Shown here piece by piece: positions 13,261-29,000 of a DNA stretch of 64,000 bases. The DNA is from the human T2T-CHM13v2.0 reference genome, Homo sapiens. Made by a program: the position numbers and the translations under genes. The notes below the pieces were generated by a model, which was given only the letters and a program-made list of their open reading frames with translations, searched no databases and was not told the DNA's origin. Position 1 is the first letter of the stretch. Each line of letters starts with the position of its first letter. Location: the NCBI RefSeq assembly GCF_009914755.1, contig NC_060925.1. The stretch is one strand, 5' to 3'.

Positions 13261-16200
13261 ATGGAATCGTCATCGAATGAATTGTATGCAATCATCGAAT
13301 GGTCTCGAATGGAATCATCTTCAAATGGAATGGAATGGAATCATCGCATAGAATCGAATGGAATTATCATCGAATGGAATCGAATGGCATCAACATCAAA
13401 CGGAAAAAAACGGAATTATCGAATGGAATCGAAGAGAATCATCGAATGGACCCGAATGGAATCATCTAATGGAATGGAATGGAATAATCCATGGACTCGA
13501 ATGCAATCATCATCGAATGGAATCGAATGTAATCATCGAATGGACTCGAATGGAATAATCATTGAACGGAATCGAATGGAATCATCATCGGATGGAAATG
13601 AATGGAATCATCATCGAATGGAATCGAATAGGATTATGGAATGAAATCCAGTGTGATCATCATCGAATGGACCCGAATGGAATCATCATCCAACGGAAGC
13701 TAATGGAATCAACATCGAATGAATCGAATGGAAACACCATCGAATTGAAACGAATGGAATTATCATGAAATTGAAATGGATGGACTCATCATCGGATGGA
13801 TTCGAATGGAATCATCGAATAAAATTGATTGAAATCATCATCAAATGGAATCGAATGGTATCATTGAATGGAATCGAATGGAATCATCATCAGATGGAAA
13901 TGAATGGAATCGTCATAGAATGGAATCGAATGGATTCATTGAATGGAATCAGATGGAATCATCGAATGGACTGGAATGGAATCATTGAATGGACTCGAAA
14001 GGGATCATTATTGAATGGAATTGAATGGAATCACCGAATGGTCTCGATTGGAATCATTATCAAATGGAATCGAATGGAATCACCGAATAGAATGGAATGG
14101 AACAATCATCGAATGGACTCAAATGGAATTATCCTCAAATGGAATCGAATGGAATTATCGAATGCAATCGAATGGAATTATCGAATGCAATCGGATAGAA
14201 TCATCGAATGGACTCGAATGGAATCATCGAATGGAATGGAATGGAACAGTCAATGAACTCGAATGGAATCATCATTGAATGGAATCGAATGGAATCATCG
14301 AGTGGAATCGAATGGAATTATGATCAAATGGAATCGAATGTAATCATCATCAAATGGAATCAAAAATAACCATCATCAATTGGTATTGAATGGAATTGTC
14401 ATCAAATGGAATTCAAAGGAATCATCATCAAATGGAACCGAATGGAATCCTCATTGAATGGAAATGAAAGGGGTCATCATCTAATGGAATCCCATGGAAT
14501 CATCATCAAATGGAATCGAATGGAATCATCATCAAATGGAATCGAATGGAATCATTGAAGAGAATTGAATGGAATCGTCATCGAATGAATTGAATGCAAT
14601 CATCGAATGGTCTCGATTGGAATCATCTTCTAATGGAAAGGAATGGAATCATCGCTTAGAATCGAATGGAATTAACATTGAATGGACTCGAATGGAATCA
14701 ACATCAAACGGAATCAAGCGGAATTATCGAATGGAATCGAAGAGAATCATCGAATGGACTCGAATGGAATAATCTAATGGAATTGAATGGAATAATCCAC
14801 GGACTCGAATGCAATCATCATCGTGTAGAATCGAATGGAATCATCGAATGGACTCGAATGGAATAATCATTGAACGGAATCGAATGGAATCATCATCGGA
14901 TGGAAACGAATGGAATCATCATCGAATGGAAATGAAAGGAGTCATCATCTAATGGAATTGCATGGAATCATCATAAAATGGAATCGAATGGAATCAACAT
15001 CAAATGGAATCAAATGGAATCATTGAACGGAATTGAATGCAATCGTCATCGAATGAATTGAATGCAATCATCGAATGGTCTCGAATGGAATCATCTTCAA
15101 ATGGAATGGAATGGAATCATCGCATAGAATCGAATGGAATTATCATCGAATGGAATCGAATGGTATCAACATCAAACGGAAAAAAACGGAATTATCGAAT
15201 GGAATCGAAGAGAATCATCGAATGGACCCGAATGGAATCATCTAATGGAATGGAATGGAATAATCCATGGACTCGAATGCAATCATCATCGAATGGAATC
15301 GAATGGAATCATCGAATGGACTCGAATGGAATAATCATTGAACGGAATCGAATGGAATCATCATCGGATGGAAATGAATGGAATCATCATCGAATGGAAT
15401 CGAATAGAATTATGGAATGAAATCCAGTGTGATCATCATCGAATGGACCCGAATGGAATCATCATCCAACGGAAGCTAATGGAATCAACATCGAATGAAT
15501 CGAATGGAAAAACCATCGAATTGAAACGAATGGAATTATCATGAAATTGAAATGGATGGACTCATCATCGGATGGATTCGAATGGAATCATCGAATAAAA
15601 TTGATTAAAATCATCATCGAATGGAATCGAATGGTATCATTGAATGGAATCGAATGGAATCATCATCAGATGGAAATGAATGGAATCGTCATAGAATGGA
15701 ATCGAATGGATTCATTGAAAGGAATCAGATGGAATCATCGAATGGACTGGAATGGAATCATTGAATGGACTCGAAAGGGATCATTATTGAATGGAATTGA
15801 ATGGAATCATCGAATGGTCTCGATTGGAATCATTATCAAATGGAATCGAATGGAATCACCGAATAGAATCGAATGGAACAATCATCGAATGGACTCAAAT
15901 GGAATTATCCTCAAATGGAATCGAATGGAATAATCGAATGCAATCGAATGGAATTATCGAATGAAATCGAATAGAATCATCGAATGGACTCGAATGGAAT
16001 CATCGAATGGAATGGAATGGAACAGTCAATGAACTCGAATGGAATCATCATTGAATGGAATCGAATAGAATCATCGAGTGGAATCGAATGGAATTATGAT
16101 CAAATGGAATCGAATGTAATCATCATCAAATGGAATCAAAAATAACCATCATCAATTGGTATTGAATGGAATTGTCATCAAATGGAATTCAAAGGAATCA

Positions 16201-19200
16201 TCATCAAATGGAACCGAATGGAATCCTCATTGAATGGAAATGAAAGGGGTCATCATCTAATGGAATCGCATGGAATCATCATCAAATGGAATCGAATGGA
16301 ATCATCATCAAATGGAATCTAATGGAATCATTGAACAGAATTGAATGGAATGGTCATCGAATGAATTGAATGCAATCATCGAATGGTCTCGAATGGAATC
16401 ATCTTCTAATGGAAAGTAATGGAATCATCGCATAGAATCGCATTTAATTATCATCGAATGGAATCGAATGGTATCAACACCAAATGGAAAAAAACGGAAT
16501 TATCGAATGGAATCGAAGAGAATCTTCGAACGGACCCGAATGGAATCATCTAATGGAATGGAATGGAATAATCCATGGACTCGAATGCAATCGTCATCGA
16601 ATGGAATCGAATGGAATCATCGAATGGACTCGAATGGAATAATCATTGAACGGAATCGAATGGAATCATCATCGGATGGAAACGAATGGAATCATCATCG
16701 AATGGAAATGAAAGGAGTCATCATCTAATGGAATTGCATGGAATCATCATAAAATGGAATCGAATGGAATCAACATCAAATGGAATCAAATGGAATCATT
16801 GAACGGAATTGAATGGAATCGTCATCGAATGAATTGTATGCAATCATCGAATGGTCTCGAATGGAATCATCTTCAAATGGAATGGAATGGAATCATCGCA
16901 TAGAATCGAATGGAATTATCATCGAATGGAATCGAATGGCATCAACATCAAACGGAAAAAAACGGAATTATCGAATGGAATCGAAGAGAATCATCGAATG
17001 GACCCGAATGGAATCATCTAATGGAATGGAATGGAATAATCCATGGACACGAATGCAATCATCATCGAATGGAATCGAATGGAATCATCGAATGGACTCG
17101 AATGGAATAATCATTAAACGGAATCGAATGGAATCATCATCGGATGGAAATGAATGGAATCATCATCGAATGGAATCGAATAGGATTATGGAATGAAATC
17201 CAGTGTGATCATCATCGAATGGACACGAATGGAATCATCATCCAACGGAAGCTAATGGAATCAACATCGAATGAATCGAATGGAAACACCATCGAATTGA
17301 AACGAATGGAATTATCATGAAATTGAAATGGATGGACTCATCATCGGATGGATTCGAATGGAATCATCGAATAAAATTGATTGAAATCATCATCAAATGG
17401 AATCGAATGGTATCATTGAATGGAATCGAATGGAATCATCATCAGATGGAAATGAATGGAATCGTCATAGAATGGAATCGAATGGATTCATTGAATGGAA
17501 TCAGATGGAATCATCGAATGGACTGGAATGGAATCATTGAATGGACTCGAAAGGGATCATTATTGAATGGAATTGAATGGAATCACCGAATGGTCTCGAT
17601 TGGAATCATTATCAAATGGAATCGAATGGAATCACCGAATAGAATCGAATGGAACAATCATCGAATGGTCTCAAATTGAATTATCCTCAAATGGAATCGA
17701 ATGGAATTATCGAATGCAATCGAATGGAATTATCGAATGCAATCGGATAGAATCATCGAATGGACTCGAATGGAATCATCGAATGGAATGGAATGGAACA
17801 GTCAATGAACTCGAATGGAATCATCATTGAATGGAATCGAATGGAATCATCGAGTGGAATCGAATGGAATTATGATCAAATGGAATCGAATGTAATCATC
17901 ATCAAATGGAATCAAAAATAACTATCATCAATTGGTATTGAATGGAATTGTCATCAAATGGAATTCAAAAGAATCATCATCAAATGGAACCGAATGGAAT
18001 CCTCATTGAATGGAAATGAAAGGGGTCATCATCTAATGGAATCCCATGGAATCATCATCAAATGGAATCGAATGGAATCATCATCAAATGGAATCGAATG
18101 GAATCATTGAACAGAATTGAATGGAATCGTCATCGAATGAATTGAATGCAATCATCGAATGGTCTCGAATGGAATCATCTTCTAATGGAAAGGAATGGAA
18201 TCATCGCTTAGAATCGAATGGAATTAACATTGAATGGACTCGAATGGAATCAACATCAAACGGAATCAAGCGGAATTATCGAATGGAATCGAAGAGAATC
18301 ATCGAATGGACTCGAATGGAATAATCTAATGGAATTGAATGGAATAATCCACGGACTCGAATGCAATCATCATCGTGTAGAATCGAATGGAATCATCGAA
18401 TGGACTCGAATGGAATAATCATTGAACGGAATCGAATGGAATCATCATCGGATGGAAACGAATGGAATCATCATCGAATGGAAATGAAAGGAGTCATCAT
18501 CTAATGGAATTGCATGGAATCATCATAAAATGGAATCGAATGGAATCAACATCAAATGGAATCAAATGGAATCATTGAACGGAATTGAATGCAATCGTCA
18601 TCGAATGAATTGAATGCAATCATCGAATGGTCTCGAATGGAATCATCTTCAAATGGAATGGAATGGAATCATCGCATAGAATCGAATGGAATTATCATCG
18701 AATGGAATCGAATGGTATCAACATCAAACGGAAAAAAACGGAATTATCGAATGGAATCGAAGAGAATCATCGAATGGACCCGAATGGAATCATCTAATGG
18801 AATGGAATGGAATAATCCATGGACTCGAATGCAATCATCATCGAATGGAATCGAATGGAATCATCGAATGGACTCGAATGGAATAATCATTGAACGGAAT
18901 CGAATGGAATCATCATCGGATGGAAATGAATGGAATCATCATCGAATGGAATCGAATAGAATTATGGAATGAAATCCAGTGTGATCATCATCGAATGGAC
19001 CCGAATGGAATCATCATCCAACGGAAGCTAATGGAATCAACATCGAATGAATCGAATGGAAAAACCATCGAATTGAAACGAATGGAATTATCATGAAATT
19101 GAAATGGATGGACTCATCATCGGATGGATTCGAATGGAATCATCGAATAAAATTGATTAAAATCATCATCGAATGGAATCGAATGGTATCATTGAATGGA

Positions 19201-20364
19201 ATCGAATGGAATCATCATCAGATGGAAATGAATGGAATCGTCATAGAATGGAATCGAATGGATTCATTGAATGGAATCAGATGGAATCATCGAATGGACT
19301 GGAATGGAATCATTGAATGGACTCGAAAGGGATCATTATTGAATGGAATTGAATGGAATCATCGAATGGTCTCGATTGGAATCATTATCAAATGGAATCG
19401 AATGGAATCACCGAATAGAATCGAATGGAACAATCATCGAATGGACTCAAATGGAATTATCCTCAAATGGAATCGAATGGAATAATCGAATGCAATCGAA
19501 TGGAATTATCGAATGAAATCGAATAGAATCATCGAATGGACTCGAATGGAATCATCGAATGGAATGGAATGGAACAGTCAATGAACTCGAATGGAATCAT
19601 CATTGAATGGAATCGAATAGAATCATCGAGTGGAATCGAATGGAATTATGATCAAATGGAATCGAATGTAATCATCATCAAATGGAATCAAAAATAACCA
19701 TCATCAATTGGTATTGAATGGAATTGTCATCAAATGGAATTCAAAGGAATCATCATCAAATGGAACCGAATGGAATCCTCATTGAATGGAAATGAAAGGG
19801 GTCATCATCTAATGGAATCGCATGGAATCATCATCAAATGGAATCGAATGGAATCATCATCAAATGGAATCTAATGGAATCATTGAACAGAATTGAATGG
19901 AATGGTCATCGAATGAATTGAATGCAATCATCGAATGGTCTCGAATGGAATCATCTTCTAATGGAAAGTAATGGAATCATCGCATAGAATCGCATTTAAT
20001 TATCATCGAATGGAATCGAATGGTATCAACACCAAATGGAAAAAAACGGAATTATCGAATGGAATCGAAGAGAATCTTCGAACGGACCCGAATGGAATCA
20101 TCTAATGGAATGGAATGGAATAATCCATGGACTCGAATGCAATCGTCATCGAATGGAATCGAATGGAATCATCGAATGGACTCGAATGGAATAATCATTG
20201 AACGGAATCGAATGGAATCATCATCGGATGGAAACGAATGGAATCATCATCGAATGGAAATGAAAGGAGTCATCATCTAATGGAATTGCATGGAATCATC
20301 ATAAAATGGAATCGAATGGAATCAACATCAAATGGAATCAAATGGAATCATTGAACGGAATTGA
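13261..20364 (+). repeat. Tandem duplication of a 3,552-bp two-unit higher-order repeat
   Basis: Private variants recur at exactly +3,552: CGCATTTAATT (~16439/19991), GATTAAAATC (~15603/19155), GGAAAAACC (~15506/19058), the divergent AATCAAGCGG module (14569/18121) and TTGAATGCAATCGTC (15037/18589). Boundaries are approximate. Confidence 0.85.
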
Positions 20365-21532
20365 ATGGAATCGTCATCGAATGAATTGTATGCAATCATC
20401 GAATGGTCTCGAATGGAATCATCTTCAAATGGAATGGAATGGAATCATCGCATAGAATCGAATGGAATTATCATCGAATGGAATCGAATGGCATCAACAT
20501 CAAACGGAAAAAAACGGAATTATCGAATGGAATCGAAGAGAATCATCGAATGGACCCGAATGGAATCATCTAATGGAATGGAATGGAATAATCCATGGAC
20601 TCGAATGCAATCATCATCGAATGGAATCGAATGGAATCATCGAATGGACTCGAATGGAATAATCATTGAACAGAATCGAATGGAATCATCATCGGATGGA
20701 AATGAATGGAATCATCATCGAATGGAATCGAATAGAATTATGGAATGAAATCCAGTGCGATCATCATCGAATGGACCCGAATGGAATCATCATCCAACAG
20801 AAGCTAATGGAATCAACACCGAATGAATCGAATGGAAACACCATCGAATTGAAACGAATGGAATTATCATGAAATTGAAATGGATGGACTCATCATCGGA
20901 TGGATTCGAATGGAATCATCGAATAAAATTGATTGAAATCATCATCCAATGGAATCGAATGGTATCATTGAATGGAATCGAATGGAATCATCATCAGATG
21001 GAAATGAATGGAATCGTCATAGAATGGAATCGAATGGATTCATTGAATGGAATCAGATGGAATCATCGAATGGACTGGAATGGAATCATTGAATGGACTC
21101 GAAAGGGATCATGATTGAATGGAATTGAATGGAATCATCGAATGGTCTCGATTGGAATCATTATCAAATGGAATCGAATGGAATCACCGAATAGAATCGA
21201 ATGGAACAATCATCGAATGGACTCAAATGGAGTTATCCTCAAATGGAATCGAATGGAATCATCGAGTGGAATCGAATGGAATTATGATCAAATGGAATCG
21301 AATGTAATCATCATCAAATGGAATCAAAAATAACCATCATCAATTGGTATTGAATGGAATTGTCATCAAATGGAATTCAAAGGAATCATCATCAAATGGA
21401 ACCGAATGGAATCCTCATTGAATGGAAATGAAAGGGGTCATCATCTAATGGAATCGCATGGAATCATCATCAAATGGAATCGAATGGAATCATCATCAAA
21501 TGGAATCTAATGGAATCATTGAACAGAATTGA

Positions 21533-24500
21533 ATGGAATGGTCATCGAATGAATTGAATGCAATCATCGAATGGTCTCGAATGGAATCATCTTCTAATGG
21601 AAAGTAATGGAATCATCGCATAGAATCGCATGGAATTATCATCGAATGGAATCGAACGGTATCAACACCAAACGGAAAAAAACGGAATTATCGAATGGAA
21701 TCGAAGAGAATCTTCGAACGGACCCGAATGGAATCATCTAATGGAATGGAATGGAATAATCCATGGACTCGAATGCAATCATCATCGAATGGAATCGAAT
21801 GGAATCATCGAATGGACTGGAATGGAATAATCATTGAACGGAATCGAATGGAATCATCATCGGATGGAAATGAATGGAATCATCATCGAATGGAAATGAA
21901 AGGAGTCATCATCTAATGGAATTGCATGGAATCATCATAAAATGGAATCGAATGGAATCAACATCAAATGGAATCAAATGGAATCATTGAACGGAATTGA
22001 ATGGAATCGTAATCGAATGAATTGAATGCAATCATCGAATGGTCTCGAATGGAATCATCTTCAAATGGAATGGAATGGAATCATCGCATAGAATCGAATG
22101 GAATTATCATCGAATGGAATCGAATGGAATCAACATCAAACGGAAAAAAACGGAATTATCGAATGGAATCGAAGAGAATCATCGAACGGACCCGAATGGA
22201 ATCATCTAATGGAATGGAATGGAATAATCCATGGACTCGAATGCAATCATCATCGAATGGAATCGAATGGAGTCATCGAATGGACTCGAATGGAATAATC
22301 ATTGAACGGAATCGAATGGAATCATCATCGGATGGAAACGAATGGAATCATCATTGAATGGAAATGAAAGGAGTCATCATCTAATGGAATTGCATGGAAT
22401 CATCATAAAATGCAATCGAATGGAATCAACATCAAATGGAATCAAATGGAATCATTGAACGGAATTGAATGGAATCGTCATCGAATGAATTGTATGCAAT
22501 CATCGAATGGTCTCGAATGGAATCATCTTCAAATGGAATGGAATGGAATCATCGCATAGAATCGAATGGAATTATCATCGAATGGAATCGAATGGCATCA
22601 ACATCAAATGGAAAAAAACGGAATTATCGAATGGAATCGAAGAGAATCATCGAATGGACCCGAATGGAATCATCTAATGGAATGGAAGGGAATAATCCAT
22701 GGACTCGAATGCAATCATCATCGAATGGAATCGAATGGAATCATCGAATGGACTCGAATGGAATAATCATTGAACGGAATCGAATGGAATCATCATCGGA
22801 TGGAAATGAATGGAATCATCATCGAATGGAATCGAATAGGATTATGGAATGAAATCCAGTGTGATCATCATCGAATGGACCCGAATGGAATCATCATCCA
22901 ACGGAAGCTAATGGAATCAACATCGAATGAATCGAATGGAAACACCATCGAATTGAAACGAATGGAATTATCATGAAATTGAAATGGATGGACTCATCAT
23001 CGAATGGATTCGAATGGAATCATCGAATAAAATTGATTGAAATCATCATCAAATGGAATCGAATGGTATCATTGAATGGAATCGAATGGAATCATCATCA
23101 GATGGAAATGAATGGAATCGTCATAGAATGGAATCGAATGGATTTATTGAATGGAATCAGATGGAATCATCGAATGGACTGGAATGGAATCATTGAATGG
23201 ACTCGAAAGGGATCATTATTGAATGGAATTGAATGGAATCACCGAATGGTCTCGATTGGAATCATTATCAAATGGAATCGAATGGAATCACCGAATAGAA
23301 TGGAATGGAACAATCATCGAATGGACTCAAATGGAATTATCCTCAAATGGAATCGAATGGAATAATCGAATGCAATCGAATGGAATTATCGAATGCAATC
23401 GAATAGAATCATCGAATGGACTCGAATGGAATCATCGAATGGAATGGAATGGAACAGTCAATGAACTCGAATGGAATCATCATTGAATGGAATCGAATAG
23501 AATCATCGAGTGGAATCGAATGGAATTATGATCAAATGGAATCGAATGTAATCATCATCAAATGGAATCAAAAATAACCATCATCAATTGGTATTGAATG
23601 GAATTGTCATCAAATGGAATTCAAAGGAATCATCATCAAATGGAACCGAATGGAATCCTCATTGAATGGAAATGAAAGGGGTCATCATCTAATGGAATCA
23701 CATGGAATCATCATCAAATGGAATCGAATGGAATCATCATCAAATGGAATCTAATGGAATCATTGAACAGAATTGAATGGAATGGTCATCGAATGAATTG
23801 AATGCAATCATCGAATGGTCTCGAATGGAATCATCTTCTAATGGAAAGTAATGGAATCATCGCATAGAATCGCATGGAATTATCATCGAATGGAATCGAA
23901 CGGTATCAACACCAAACGGAAAAAAACGGAATTATCGAATGGAATCGAAGAGAATCTTCGAACGGACCCGAATGGAATCATCTAATGGAATGAAATGGAA
24001 TAATCCATGGACTCGAATGCAATCATCATCGAATGGAATCGAATGGAATCATCGAATGGACTCGAATGGAATAATCATTGAACGGAATCGAATGGAATCA
24101 TCATCGGATGGAAATGAATGGAATCATCATCGAATGGAAATGAAAGGAGTCATCATCTAATGGAATTGCATGGAATCATCATAAAATGGAATCGAATGGA
24201 ATCAACATCAAATGGAATCAAATGGAATCATTGAACGGAATTGAATGGAATCGTCATCGAATGAATTGAATGCAATCATCGAATGGTCTCGAATGGAATC
24301 ATCTTCAAATGGAATGGAATGGAATCATCGCATAGAATCGAATGGAATTATCATCGAATGGAATCGAATGGAATCAACATCAAACGGAAAAAAACGGAAT
24401 TATCGAATGGAATCGAAGAGAATCATCGAACGGACGGGAATGGAATCATCTAATGGAATGGAATGGAATAATCCATGGACTCGAATGCAATCATCATCGA

Positions 24501-26020
24501 ATGGAATCGAATGGAGTCATCGAATGGACTCGAATGGAATAATCATTGAACGGAATCGAATGGAATCATCATCGGATGGAAACGAATGGAATCATCATTG
24601 AATGGAAATGAAAGGAGTCATCATCTAATGGAATTGCATGGAATCATCATAAAATGGAATCGAATGGAATCAACATCAAATGGAATCAAATGGAATCATT
24701 GAACGGAATTGAATGGAATCGTCATCGAATGAATTGTATGCAATCATCGAATGGTCTCGAATGGAATCATCTTCAAATGGAATGGAATGGAATCATCGCA
24801 TAGAATCGAATGGAATTATCATCGAATGGAATCGAATGGCATCAACATCAAACGGAAAAAAACGGAATTATCGAATGGAATCGAAGAGAATCATCGAATG
24901 GACCCGAATGGAATCATCTAATGGAATGGAATGGAATAATCCATGGACTCGAATGCAATCATCATCGAATGGAATCGAATGGAGTCATCGAATGGACTCG
25001 AATGGAATAATCATTGAACGGAATCGAATGGAATCATCATCGGATGGAAATGAATGGAATCATCATCGAATGGAATCGAATAGGATTATGGAATGAAATC
25101 CAGTGTGATCATCATAGAATGGACCCGAATGGAATCATCATCCAACGGAAGCTAATGGAACCAACATCGAATGAATCGAATGGAAACACCATCGAATTGA
25201 AACGAATGGAATTATCATGAAATTGAAATGGATAGACTCATCATCGGATGGATTCGAATGGAATCATCGAATAAAATTGATTGAAATCATCATCAAATGG
25301 AATCGAATGGTATCATTGAATGGAATCGAATGGAATCATCATCAGATGGAAATGAATGGAATCGTCATAGAATGGAATCGAATGGATTTATTGAATGGAA
25401 TCAGATGGAATCATCGAATGGACTGGAATGGAATCATTGAATGGACTCGAAAGGGATCATTATTGAATGGAATTGAATGGAATCACCGAATGGTCTCGAT
25501 TGGAATCATTATCAAATGGAATCGAATGGAATCACCGAATAGAATGGAATGGAACAATCATCGAATGGACTCAAATGGAATTATCCTCAAATGGAATCGA
25601 ATGGAATTATCGAATGCAATCGAATGGAATTATCGAATGCAATCGGATAGAATCATCGAATGGACTCGAATGGAATCATCGAATGGAATGGAATGGAACA
25701 GTCAATGAACTCGAATGGAATCATCATTGAATGGAATCGAATGGAATCATCGAGTGGAATCGAATGGAATTATGATCAAATGGAATCGAATGTAATCATC
25801 ATCAAATGGAATCAAAAATAACCATCATCAATTGGTATTGAATGGAATTGTTATCAAATGGAATTCAAAGGAATCATCATCAAATGGAACCGAATGGAAT
25901 CCTCATTGAATGGAAATGAAAGGGGTCATCATCTAATGGAATCCCATGGAATCATCATCAAATGGAATCGAATGGAATCATCATCAAATGGAATCGAATG
26001 GAATCATTGAACAGAATTGA
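21533..26020 (+). repeat. Tandem pair of 2,244-bp three-module units
   Basis: Shared variants at +2,244: GAACGGTATC (~21654/23898), GGAAAGTAATGG, GGAGTCATCG (~22269/24513) and GATTTATTG (~23141/25385). Confidence 0.8.
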
Positions 26021-29000
26021 ATGGAATCGTCATCGAATGAATTGAATGCAATCATCGAATGGTCTCGAATGGAATCATCTTCAAATGGAATGGAATGGAA
26101 TCATCGCATAGAATCGAATGGAATTATCATCGAATGGAATCGAATGGAATCAACATCAAACGGAAAAAAACGGAATTATCAAATGGAATCGAAGAGAATC
26201 ATCGAACGGACCCGAATGGAATCATCTAATGGAATGGAATGGAATAATCCATGGACTCGAAGGCAATCATCATCGAATGGAATCGAATGGAATCATCGAA
26301 TGGACTCGAATGGAATAATCATTGAACGGAATCGAATGGAATCATCATCGGATGGAAACGAATGGAATCATCATCGAATGGAAATGAAAGGAGTCATCAT
26401 CTAATGGAATTGCATGGAATCATCATAAAATGGAATCGAATGGAATCAACATCAAATGGAATCAAATGGAATCATTGAACGGAATTGAATGGAATCGTCA
26501 TCGAATGAATTGAATGCAATCATCGAATGGTCTCGAATGGAATCATCTTCAAATGGAATGGAATGGAATCATCGCATAGAATCGAATGGAATTATCATCG
26601 AATGGAATCGAATGGAATCAACATCAAACGGAAAAAAACGGAATTATCGAATAGAATCGAAGAGAATCATCGAATGGACCCGAATGGAATCATCTAATGG
26701 AATGGAATGGAATAATCCATGGACTCGAATGCAATCATCATCGAATGGAATCGAATGGAATCATCGAATGGACTCGAATGGAATAATCATTGAACGGAAT
26801 CGAATGGAATCATCATCGGATGGAAACGAATGGAATCATCATCGAATGGAAATGAAAGGAGTCATCATCTAATGGAATTGCATGGAATCATCAAAAAATG
26901 GAATCGAATGGAATCAACATCAAATGGAATCAAATGGAATCATTGAACGGAATTGAATGGAATCGTCATCGAATGAATTGAATGCAATCATCGAATGGTC
27001 TCGAATGGAATCATCTTCAAATGGAATGGAATGGAATCATCGCATAGAATCGAATGGAATTATCATCGAATGGAATCGAATGGAATCAACATCAAACGGA
27101 AAAAAACGGAATTATCGAATGGAATCGAAGAGAATCATCGAAAGGACCCGAATGGAATCATCTAATGGAATGGAATGGAATAATCCATGGACTCGAATGC
27201 AATCATCATCGAATGGAATCGAATGGAATCATCGAATGGACTCGAATGGAATAATCATTGAACGGAATCGAATGGAATCATCATCGGATGGAAATGAATG
27301 GAATCATCATCGAATGGAATCGAATAGAATTATGGAATGAAATCCAGTGTGATCATCATCGAATGGACCCGAATGGAATCATCATCCAACGGAAGCTAAT
27401 GGAATCAACATCGAATGAATCGAATGGAAACACCATCGAATTGAAACGAATGGAATTATCATGAAATTGAAATGGATGGACTCATCATCGGATGGATTCG
27501 AATGGAATCATCGAATAAAATTGATTGAAATCATCATCAAATGGAATCGAATGCTATCATTGAATGGAATCGAATGGAATCATCATCAGATGGAAATGAA
27601 TGGAATCGTCATAGAATGGAATCGAATGGATTCATTGAATGGAATCAGATGGAATCATCGAATGGACTGGAATGGAATCATAGAATGGACTCGAAAGGGA
27701 TCATTATTGAATGGAATTGAATGGAATCATCGAATGGTCTCGATTGGAATCATTATCAAATGGAATCGAATGGAATCACCGAATAGAATCGAATGGAACA
27801 AACATCGAATGGACTCAAATGGAATTATCCTCAAATGGAATCGAATGGAATTATTGAATGCAATCGAATGGAATTATCGAATGCAATCGAATAGAATCAT
27901 CGAATGGACTCGAATGGAATCATCGAATGGAATGGAATGGAACAGTCAATGAACTCGAATGGAATCATCATTGAATGAAATCGAATGGAATCATCGAGTG
28001 GAATCGAATGGAATCATCGAGTGGAATCGAATGGAATTATGATCAAATGGAATCGAATGTAATCATCATCAAATGGAATCAAAAATAACCATCATCAATT
28101 GGTATTGAATGGAATTGTCATCAAATGGAATTCAAAGGAATCATCATCAAATGGAACCGAATGGAATCCTCATTGAATGGAAATGAAAGGGGTCATCATC
28201 TAATGGAATCGCATGGAATCATCATCAAATGGAATCCAATGGAATCATCATCAAATGGAATCTAATGGAATCATTGAAAAGAATTGAATGGAATCGTCAT
28301 CGAATGAATTGAGTGCAATCATCGAATGGTCTCGAATGGAATCATCTTCTAATGGAAAGGAATGGAATCATCGCATAGAAATGAATGGAATTATCATCGA
28401 ATGGAATCGAATGGTATCAACACCAAACGGAAAAAAACGGAATTTTCGAATGGAATCGAAGAGAATCTTCGAACGGACCCGAATGGAATCATCTAATGGA
28501 ATGGAATGGAATAATCCATGGACTCGAATGCAATCATCATCGAATGGAATCGAATGGAATCATCGAATGGACTCGAATGGAATAATCATTGAACGGAATC
28601 GAATGGAATCATCATCGGATGGAAACGAATGGAATCATCATCGAATGGAAATGAAAGGAGTCATCATCTAATGGAATTGCATGGAATCATCATAAAATGG
28701 AATCGAATGGAATCAACATCAAATGGAATCAAATGGAATCATTGAACGGAATTGAATGGAATCGTCATCGAATGAATTGAATGCAATCATCGAATGGTCT
28801 CGAATGGAATCATCTTCAAATGGAATGGAATGGAATCATCGCATAGAATCGAATGGAATTATCATCGAATGGAATCGAATGGAATCAACATCAAACGGAA
28901 AAAAACGGAATTATCGAATGGAATCGAAGAGAATCATCGAACAGACCCGAATGGAATCATCTAATGGAATGGAATGGAATAATTCATGGACTCGAATGCA

